A DNA stretch of 44,844 nucleotides, the filler included, from Jimgerdemannia flammicorona (Eukaryota), in assembly GCA_003990765.1 (NCBI GenBank). It is 2 parts of 2 records of this genome, joined end to end, with 100 filler letters (N's around TTAATTAATTAA, not from the genome) between each part and the next. Parts side by side here need not be neighbours in the genome. Positions count along the whole stretch, not along the records: positions 22,478 to 44,844 come from RBNJ01001293.1; 1 more part is not named here. One strand, written 5' to 3'. The stretch's first letter is position 1, and every line of letters begins with the position of its first letter. Positions 35,298 to 44,844 of the stretch are shown in pieces. The notes under the pieces are model-generated. The model had not been told where the DNA came from. It ran no database searches and was given only the letters and a program-made list of their open reading frames with translations. A program made the position numbers and the translations under genes.

Positions 35298-36417
35298 ATA
35301 TATATCCAACTAGTAAACATTTTAATCAGATATATATGTGATTTTGAAAATAATTTTATTTATAAATTAGGAACTAATTTAGTAAGTAATCAGAAAGTAA
35401 TATATATATTTCAATCTATTTTTTATTTTTTTATAGATAATGCTTACTGTTCCTAAGAATATATATATAAAACTTCTAAAGTATTACTACAAGATGATAC
35501 TATTATATAGTATAGCTTTGGCCTTAGATCTATATATTAATATGTATTATTTTTGTCATAAGTAATAGAAAAAATTCTTAATTGATGAATGGAAGAATCA
35601 GATGGAACATATCTGGGAAAAGAAGTATAAGCTTGTTAATGCTGTTATTATACTCTCAATATTCTATGATGTTGATGATTTTATCAACTCAATATATAAG
35701 AAGAAACAGTGTTTCAATATATATGATGAGCTTGAATAGTGAGTATTATTGTTATGTTTTTTAGTTGGCTTGGTTGATTTTAACTCATATTTCTCTATTT
35801 CAGTTATTTGTTAGAAAATTCAGCTAATTCTCATATAGATATACTAGGTTGGTGGTTGTAAAATCAGTCAGTATTTCTAATCTTTCATAAATGACTCATG
35901 ATTATCTTGCTAATTTAGCAACATCTATTCTATCTGAATGTATTTTTTCTATTGCTGGTGAGCTGATGACTAAATGTCAAAACAGCTTATATATAAATAC
36001 AATTTGTGCATATATATGTCTGGATTCTTAGTAGTCTTCAGATATTTATAACTTCCAATTGCTCTGAATATTATCCAAATATTATCTGAATTATTTTTTT
36101 AGGGCAGAGTTCAGAGGGTCAGATTCAGGGTCAGGTTCAAGAGTTAGGTTTAGGGTTGGGTTCAGGGGTTGGATTCAGGGTTGAGTTTAGGGGTTGGGTT
36201 AGAGACAGGTAATATATTTTTCTGGATTGAGTTAAAGATAGATGATATATATTTCTGAGTTGGGTTAAAGACATGTGATGTATAATTCTGGGTCAGGTTA
36301 AAGATACATGATATATAATTCTGAGTTAGGTTAAAGAAGGGTGATGTCTAATTCTGGGTTGATTATTTTATAGATTGAGTTTTGAGTTAATTGAGTCAGA
36401 TTTATAGAATATTACTG
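35298..36417 (+). mobile_element. hAT transposon 3' fragment (C-terminal dimerisation domain, subterminal repeats, terminus ..CTG)
   Basis: DILGWW..DYLA..ATS..SE..FSIAG..NSL..NTI.A..CLDS (~35838-36030). Hexamer and ~35-bp gggttaaaga..tgatatataattct subterminal arrays. Inverted homolog of 40107-41295. Confidence 0.88.
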
Positions 36418-39400
36418 ATATCTCAAAAAGGCACCAACTACCAAGAAATCAAGATTATCTCTGCTATTCAGATGAAGAGACTCTCTTATAAAAAGGAGAA
36501 TACATATTTCATCTGTATTATATAAAAAGTTCCTAAAGTCTCAAGTAGCCCAATTCTACTAGAAGCTTAGGAACTATTTGGGAAATTCTAAGATATATTC
36601 TAGGAACCTAGAGGACTTCCACCAAAGTACCAAATCTAACATAGAATTGATCTTATTCCAGAATCTAAATCTCCATATAAGAGTATCTACTAACTAGCCC
36701 AATCTAAACTCAAGATTTTTAAAAATAAGTTGACCAAACTATTGACCTAAAGATATATTGAACCCAGCTGTTCTTCATTTGGAGCCTCCATTCTGTTTAT
36801 CAAGAAGAAGAATGGTACTCTGCAAATATATATTGACTATAGAGCTCTCAATATGATCACTATTAAGAACTGGTATATCTTACCTAAGATTGATGAGTTA
36901 TTATACCAGATATTCAAGGCCAAGATTTTTTCTCTACTGGACCTGTGAAATGATTATCACCAGATTCTCATTGATGAGTAGGATATTGAAAAGACAGCTT
37001 TCTAAATGTGGTTTGGATACTACCAGTTCTAAGTCATGTTCTTTGGTTTGACCAATATACTAGCAATATTCCAATATCTAATAAATAACATCTTTAGATT
37101 ACTACTTAACATTTGTATCCTCTACAGTAAAATAATATAACTATACTATACCTACCTCAGACAGGTACTGACCCTTCTGTGAGAACACCAGCTCTATACC
37201 AAGATGAGTAAGTATAAGTTCTATTAAGATCAGATCAAGTATCTAGGATATATTATCTCTACTAAAGAAATCACTATAGACCCCCAAAATGTATCAGCTC
37301 TTCAGAATATTTCTATCCCTACTACCCTCAAGCTACTCTAGTGATTCCTGGGTATTACAGAATATTACTGAAGTTTCATCTAAGGATACTCTACTATTAC
37401 AGCTCTGCTGACCAGCCTGACCCACAATGGAGTGAACATTAAGACCAAATGGACCCCTAAGTATACTCAGACTATAGACCATCTCAAGAGACTTCTTAAT
37501 GAGATCTGTGCTAATTGCACCAGACTCTACCAGACCATTTACTTTGACTACTGATGTCTCTAATATTGTCATTAAGGTAGTACTCAGCTAAGAAGACTGT
37601 CCAGTGACCTATCTTTCTCAAAAGTTCAAGCTAGCTAAGACCCAATATACTACCTATAAGAAGGAACTTCTGGCCATTGTCATTGCACTCCAGAAATGGT
37701 ACCATTTCCTCTATTGATAACTATTCTGGCCTATACTGATCACTATGCCCTACAGTATATCTATACTTAGTCCATACTGACCCATAGACAAGCTCATTCA
37801 CTGGAAGTCATTGCCAACTTTGATATAGAAATCAAGTATATCCTAGACAAAATCAACTATGTAGCTGATAGTTTCTCAAGATATATAGAAGATAAACTTG
37901 TCTTCATAGTTAAGATAATTGGAGACCTCACTCAGATTATCTAGGATGGCTATCAAAAAGATAGCCCCCTGGTAAAATTCCTTCAATTCTGCCAAGACCC
38001 AGAGGCCAAGGTCTCAGAAGCTATGAAAAGAATGTCCAAGAGATTCACATACTATAATAGACTCATCTATAGAGACTATAACAGAGTGGTAGTACCTAAT
38101 AATAATACTATATGGCTCAAGATTATATAGAAACTCTATAATATACCTGCTGCTGGACATTTTGATTTTGAAAAGACCTACAATCTCCTCTCAAGAGAGT
38201 TCTACTAGCTATAGATAACCAAGAATATCAAAGACTTTATAGCCTAATGTGAGATATACCAAAGATTCAAGAGCAGTAACAAGCTACCCACAGAACTCCT
38301 ATAATTTCTGTCCATCCCTAGCTATAACTAGAATCAGATTACTATAGACTTTATTGTCCAGCTCCCTAAGACTAAGGCAGGATGGGATACCATTGTAGTA
38401 TTTGTAGACTACCTGAGTTAACAAGCCCATTTTGTACCCATTAAGACCACTGCTATAGTCTCTGAGATTGCTGAGATCTTTCTCAATTAAGTGTTCAGAC
38501 TATATAGCATACCTAGTACCATTATATCTGACCAAAATGCCAAGTTCATGAGCAACTTCTGGAAGGCATTCTTCTCTCTTTATGATACTAAACTGAAGTT
38601 CTCCACTACCTACCACCCCCAGGCTAATGGTCAGACCAAGTGTACTAACAGGACTCTCAAGCAGATGCTTAGTATCTTTGCTGTTATAAGTAAAATGATT
38701 AGAACAAGTACCTAGTCTATTCTGAGTTTGCCTACAATAACAGTCAGTAAACTTTTATAAAGAAGACTCCATTCTTTCTAAACTATGGTCAATACTCAAG
38801 AACCCTGAGTACCACTGTAAAATCAGCAATCTCAGTAGTCCAAGATTTAGCCAAGACCATCTCTAAGCTTATTCAAATAACAAGAGATGCTCTCATAGAA
38901 ACACAGAACTACCAGACTATGTATGCTAATGTAAAGTAGAGAGAAGTCTCCTACAATATTGGCAATATGGTCATACTCAGAACAGACCATCTTCACCCTA
39001 ATATCCTAGCCTAGCAATTATCCAAGAATGTGAAAAAAGTCAGCAAAGTCAACTACAAGCTATAACTCTCTCTCAATATTCAAGTTCACCCAGTATTCTA
39101 TATCAATCAATTGATAGACTACTATATAAATCCATTTTCTGAGTATATAGTTCCACCACTATTCCCAATTAGGATCAATTATTATAAGGAATTTGAAATC
39201 AAGAAAGTGCTTAACCATAAGGCCTGCAAATATACTAAAACAGTCAAGCAGTTTTTCTCATCAAGTAGAAGAGTTACCCTACCCATGATGCTACCTGGAA
39301 AAAAGAAGATATACTGGTAAATATATATGAAGCTCTTTAGAACTATATGAAAACACTTATCCCCCAGCAAAAAAAGGAACTACAGCTCTAAAAATGGTGA

Positions 39401-40106
39401 GCATATAGCAAATATAGTGATGATATATACTTACCTAGGATATATAATAATGAATATTACAAGAAATAAAATACTATAATTAGCCAATGAGACAAAAGGT
39501 TATTCTATTGAAGAACTCCTCCAGACCTCCCATATATAGTTAAATCAGAAGGACCATACAAAATTAACACAATATATAGTGATTATTCTGGTATGATATA
39601 ATACTTATCAGTAACTACAGAAAGTTATCTGATTGGGTTTAAACCCCCAGTCTTCAGTCTAGAGAATAATATCTTAATAGGGAACCAACTCTCTATCTAA
39701 AGTCAAAAGAAAGAAATTTTAAACTGGTGAAATCTAGTAATTTCCATATGACTAGCACATGCTCTGCTTATAGCAATAAGTCACACATTCTCCTAGGAAT
39801 GTGATTGAAATGATATCATAGTAGACCAGCAAATAAGTATAAATATCTAGGGTAAGAATATACTATAACCCTTATTCCCTTTTCTTCTCTCCAAAGAAAA
39901 CACAACTCAAGAATACCTGCTATCTACCACCAAACTACCCACCATAGCCAGCCCCTCTCAAGCCAGATTGACCACCTCTTTGGATATATCCAAGTTACTA
40001 TCTAAGGAAGAAACCACTGCTCTGAGGCTCTTAATCTCACTAGCCAGAATCTAAAACACTATGTTCTTATCTACTACAAAGTTATAGAGAGAGCCTATCT
40101 TGCTAC
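36418..40106 (+). mobile_element. Ty3/gypsy chromovirus element 3, heavily decayed (RT-RH-IN-chromodomain and start of putative 3' LTR)
   Basis: FGASILFIKKKNGTL..IDYRALN; LPKIDELL; MFFGLTN; LTTDVSN; KELLAIV; TDHYAL; AGHFDFEKT; DFIVQLPKT; SDQNAKF..STTYHPQANGQTK; EFEIKKVLNH..SYPTHDATW (~39185-39300). Confidence 0.9.
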
Positions 40107-42520
40107 CAGTAGTACTCTATAAATCTGACTCAATTAATCCAAAACCTGACTTATAAAACAGCCAACCTGGAATTAGATATCACTCATCTTTAATCCAACC
40201 CAGAATTATATATCACCCAACTTTAACCTGACTCAGAATTATGCATCACCTATCTTTAACCTGATCTAGAATTATATATCACATATCTTTAATCTAACCT
40301 AGAAATATATATCATCTGTCTTTAACCTGACTTAGAATTATTCATCACCCATCTTTAACCTGCCTTGGAAATATACATTATTTATCTTTAACCCAACTCC
40401 TGAACCTGACCCTAAATCCAACCCCTGAATCCAACTCTGATTCCAATCTCTAAACCTGATCCTAAGCCTAACCCTCTGAACTCTGTCCTGAAAAAATAAT
40501 TCAGATAATATTTAGATAATATTCAGAGCAATTGGAATTGAAAAATATCTAAAGACCAATAAGAATCCAGATACATGCATGTACAAATTGTATTTATATA
40601 TAAGCTGTTTTAATGTTCAGTCACTAGCTCACCAGTAATAGAAAAAATAGATTCAGATAGAACAGATGTCACTGAAATAGTAAGATAATCATAAGCTATT
40701 TGTGAAATATTAGGATATACTAACTGATTTTACCACCACCAATTCAGTACATCTATATAAGAATTAGCTAAATTCTCTAACAAATAACTAAAATAGAGAA
40801 ATATGAGTAAAAATCAACCAAGCCAACTAAAAAACATAACAATAACACCCACTATTTAAGCTTATCATCTATATCAATATACTGTTTCTTCTCATATATT
40901 GAGTTGATGAAATCATCAGCATCATGAGATATTGAAGATATAATAACAACATTAACAGGCTTATACTCTCTTTTCCAGATATATTCTATCTGATTCTTCT
41001 ATTCATCAAGTATAGATTTTTTCCATTGCTTATGATGAAAATAATATATATTGATATATGAATCTAAGACCAAAGCTTTGCTATATAATGGTGTTATCTT
41101 ACAGTAATACTTTAGAAGTTTTATACATATATTCTCAGTAGTGATAAGCATTATCTATAAAAAAATAAAAAATAAATTGAAATATATATATATTACTTTT
41201 CAATTACTTACTAAATTAGTTCCTAATTCACAAATAAAATTATTTTCAAAATCACATATATATCTGATTAAAATGTTCACTAGTTCAATATATATCAGTA
41301 ACATTTTTGAGGTAATTATATAGCCAATTAAATAGTAGTATAACAGCTGCTATTGTAGGACACTTCAAAGTTGACATTATAGTTATTACTTTGATAAAAG
41401 ACTTGAGAAATCAGCAAATCAATTCAAATTATTGCCATATATCTTTAGATATATTACTCATTTACTTATCCATAGCACACAATATATCCAAACCCTATTT
41501 AGATATAATATCAATTTATTTAGTACCAAAATACATCTAAATTATATTCTAAAATCTATACAAATAGATTCAAAATCTTATCTTATAAATCTCCAGAGTA
41601 CATATTAATATTTTATATATAGAACTCTATCTCATTGTAATATCTAAGATAGGATTCACAGACTTTTGCCAATTATACTTATCATTACACTGAATTTTTG
41701 ATCTTCTTTATCAACTCCCATAGCTTTCCAATGGGCTCACTAAGAGAACCAAGAGCATCATGAATAATGAGATTCAATATATAACTGAAACAACAAACAT
41801 GATTAAGCAGATGATGGAGATTCTCAAACAGAGTATCATTATTACTAGTATTGTCTAATATAACAGTAATAATTTAATTGTCACTAGGCAACAAATCATC
41901 TATTACCAGCTCTAGGCTCTTTATAAGATTGGCACCCATGTGTGATATTTTGCTGATATTCACAAAGTCTAAGATAATGTCATGCATCTTCCAATTACTA
42001 TCAATCTAATGAGCTGCTATTTTAAGAAAGACCTTAATGTTAATGTTCAACATCCAACTATTAAGTATAAGTGATATCTTCAACTTGAGCCCTGTTAGTC
42101 TTACTTTTACTTAAGTCTGCAATGGTTCAAATTTTATTTGAATAACTCATAAAATTATATCAGCTGATGGAAGGGTCAGATTAGAGCATAATATATAAAT
42201 GAGATACTTGAAGTCAGGGGTTTCAATAGTAGAGAATGGCTGATACCCAGTGATAATGAAGTTGGTAATTAACTAATAGAGATTCTCATCACTTAAAGTC
42301 TTACTAGTATGGTCCTATTTGTAATAATAAAATTTGATGAATTCCTAAGTACTTCTCAAATTTCATTCTATCTATACTTACAATATTGTCTTTCTTAGAC
42401 CAGTGAGATGCTAGAGAGATAAGAGTATGACATCATAATACTTCCAGAGATATCATTTAAGATTATTGATATTGCTATTCTTTAATATATAGCTCTAATG
42501 AACTTAAGTCAGACAGTGAT
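40107..42520 (-). mobile_element. Near full-length decayed hAT transposon, 5' end lost at a LINE insertion
   Basis: Terminus CAGTAGTACTC at 40107. Minus-strand remnants: BED-finger tail NNLK*YLWKYY (~42440-42475), QPFSTIETPDF, ISLILNSW, AAH*IDSNWK..LDF..SHMGANL, LDNTSNN..HVCCFSYILNL, LDITMR*SSIY, and the dimerisation domain at ~40560-40760. Confidence 0.88.
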
Positions 42521-42521
42521 T

Positions 42522-44260
42522 CTGATGAATGGGTACAGGGGGATTTCATTCCCCCTGGGTAGAGGAGTGTCTCAGGGAGATCTACTATTACTGATCCTAT
42601 ATATACTATCTCTGGATCCACTGTTGGATAGGATTTAGCAAAAGGTAGGAGAGTTGGACATTATAGGGGTTAATTGGAAGATGGGGCCTTTACTGATGAT
42701 ATAGTAGTTGGGCTAGGATTGGTAGAGAATATGGTGGCACTGAGAAGTGCAGTAGAGTGATATGAGGAGTACTTAAGTACAAAACTCAACTGGTATAAGC
42801 ATGAGCCTTTGGTGCTGAGAGAAGGGTTAGTAGGTGGAAATATAATTGGAATAATTATCCTAGTAGGAGAGGCTGTTTACTATCTGGGGATCTACTTCTC
42901 AGTTTATGGCTCCTTATTACTCCACTGGTGGTGGGAGCAGTGGTTGGTTGAGTGGAAGGGTATGCTCTTGAGATGGGGAGGTTATTATATATCTCTAGTT
43001 GGGAGGGTGATAGTGATGAATATATACTGACTGACAAAATTGTGGTATCTGGGATACTACTTAGACTTCCTAGTATGAGTAGTTAAAAGATTACTAAAGA
43101 TGGCCAGAACCTGGATATGGGTAGGGTGATGGAGTCAGATTGGCTGAGAGATATTGACCTTGCTGGTGAGCCAGAGAGGACTGGGTCTGGTGGACTTTGC
43201 CAAGCACCTTCATTACTTGCAGACATAGTGATTGAAGTGAGTGAGTGAGTTGAGGAGCAGAGAGTGAGTCTCTCTTATGCAGAGAGTGTGGGCAGCCCAG
43301 TTCTCCTCCCATAATATGACTGGCAACTTGTTTTCTATAGTGGCTTTGGAGGGGAGCCAAAGGATGTGCTTTAGGGAATTCTGGTAGGAAGTAGTTGATA
43401 GAGCTCACTAGATTGGCCTCCATTGATAAGAAGATGAGAGAGAGGAGAACTGAGAACCCCAGATATAGAGGTGGGACCATCTTCTATTAGGGGGAGTATT
43501 AGTGGATAACTTTTGTTTAGAAGATGGCATAGAGTATCTTCAGGAGTATAGGAGAGATCTGTGGCCTGAGGTATAGCAGGGGGTTGAAATAGGAGAGGGG
43601 TGAGATTGGAATGGTATTTGGGATTGAAGTAAGTAGTTGGCTATCTGGGTGCTCTCCAAGTTTTGGGTGTAATAGTGAAGATTGCTACAGAATAATGTAA
43701 TGTTGAATTACTAGTCAGGATACTTGGTGGAGAGTGGTACCCAGAAGTGTGAGGAGTGTCTGAATGTTAGACAGAAGTAGAAAGTGGTACAGACTCCAGA
43801 ATATTGGCTAGAGGAGTGTGAGGTATTGGGTAACTTGTGGCAGATGATTGAGGGAAGGTTAGAAATGCATCCACTAGTGCTGAGAGTGGGAGAGAGGTGG
43901 GGTGACCTCTAGAGTAGGCTGGTAGAGAGAGTGAGGTATGAGTGGTTGACTCTGGGTTAGTTGCTGGCTATTTGGATCAGGATTGCTGAATATTAGTTAT
44001 ATGTATTTGAAGAAGATCAATGGTTGATAGTAAAGGTGAGGGTGGCTAGATAGGAGTGGCTGATGGTAGATCTATTGAATGGGTGGTAGAGAGGGTAAGG
44101 TACTGGGGGGGGTCTCTGGAGGAGACTGGTAGAGACAATCTGTAGAAAGAGTAAGGAAAGAGTTTGAGTAGTAGGGGAGATAATGATATTTCAGAGAAAT
44201 GGCAATAGAGGAGAGAGAGAGTTCCTATGTAAGATTGGATAAGAGATTCATTTATATAGA
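42522..44260 (+). mobile_element. LINE copy C (5'-truncated within RT, older divergent subfamily)
   Basis: GRGVSQGD..AFTDDIVVG..KLNWYK..YYLGIYF..SLVGRVIVMN. ORF2 end ..KIG* at ~44240. Confidence 0.88.
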
Positions 44261-44261
44261 T

Positions 44262-44844
44262 ATTGGGAAAAGAGTAGAGTGTTAGCAGGGATTGGGCCAG
44301 GATCTTTGGCCAAGTGGCTGGCAGGTGACAGGGATCGGCGAGGAGTGGGACTGGGCCGGTATCTGATCTTGGAGTGCCAAGGTGCAGAGGTGGCTCCCCC
44401 CCAAGTACTGGGTGGTATGGTGGAGAATGTTGCAGAGAAATGTCATGCTGAATTTCCACACAGAGCATTTGGTAGATGGTGGACAATTTTAATGTAAGGA
44501 GTGTTATGATGTTGGGCATACTGGAGGGCATGTACAGACACCAGAACATTGGCTGGGAGAGTGTGAGGTTTTGGGGGAATTTTGGGCTGAAATAGAGAAT
44601 AGACTGGGTGTGGGGTATAGGCTGGTGGGGGAGGGGGGTCACTGGGAGGACTTGAGATCTTGGCTAGTAGGTGGGGTGGGAGATAGTTGGCTCACTGTAG
44701 GATGGGTATTAGTGGTATAGGTGGGCCTGGCGGGCCATTGGCTATTTGTATTTGAGGAGGGGTGGTGGTTGGGGCTGCATGAGAAGGTGTTGAGGTGGGA
44801 AGGGCTGTTGGGGGACCTGCTGAATGGGTGGTGGGTGGGCTGGG
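44262..44844 (+). mobile_element. LINE copy D (3' portion of ORF2, B-like subfamily), continues beyond the window
   Basis: Closely matches the reverse complement of ~24480-25050 (gggccaggatctttggccaa.tggctggcagg..) and is much closer to copy B than to adjacent copy C. Retains some CpG. Confidence 0.88.

Noticed and set aside
36110..36200. Telomere-like (TTAGGG-like) hexamers, mirrored at ~40390-40475
   Set aside because: Degenerate, and at the same subterminal position in both hAT copies. They are transposon subterminal repeats, not telomere.
36195..36365. ~35-bp periodic repeats (also 20940-21140 and 34649-35297) as a CRISPR array
   Set aside because: The units are contiguous and degenerate with no unique spacers or cas genes, and the context is eukaryotic.
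35298..41295. A single giant element with 1.1-kb TIRs carrying a Ty3 as cargo
   Set aside because: The transposon termini face inward, and the right arm continues as a hAT transposase to ~42520. These are two separate hAT copies.

Overview
Eukaryotic, almost certainly fungal, genomic DNA. The intron-rich genes and the MGxxxS class-I methyltransferase suggest an early-diverging fungus (Mucoromycota-like); this is inference only. An artificial 100-nt spacer (N44-TTAATTAATTAA-N44, 22378-22477) joins two contigs whose adjacency is unproven. The left part contains one apparently intact 4-exon SAM-dependent methyltransferase gene (17154-18474, +) and two decayed host genes. One is an acid-sphingomyelinase-like metallophosphoesterase (-), split at a TA site by a Tc1/mariner-like element. 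The other is a carotenoid-cleavage oxygenase (+). Between them is an unclassified 5.3-kb TIR element with a 3-bp TSD that hosts a Ty3 chromovirus fragment. The right part is nested transposons only: five pieces of a G-rich L1/Tx1-like LINE family (one full-length with a 14-bp TSD), two Ty3/gypsy elements (one with an extra ORF and a triplicated LTR end) and two tail-to-tail hAT copies. The strongest signal is two sharply bounded mutation regimes. Repeats are stripped of CpG and carry many CpA->TpA-type stops (RIP-like), while single-copy pseudogenes keep CpG and decay by short deletions. I recognised no tRNA, rRNA or CRISPR. All alignments and translations were done by eye, so boundaries of decayed elements are approximate.
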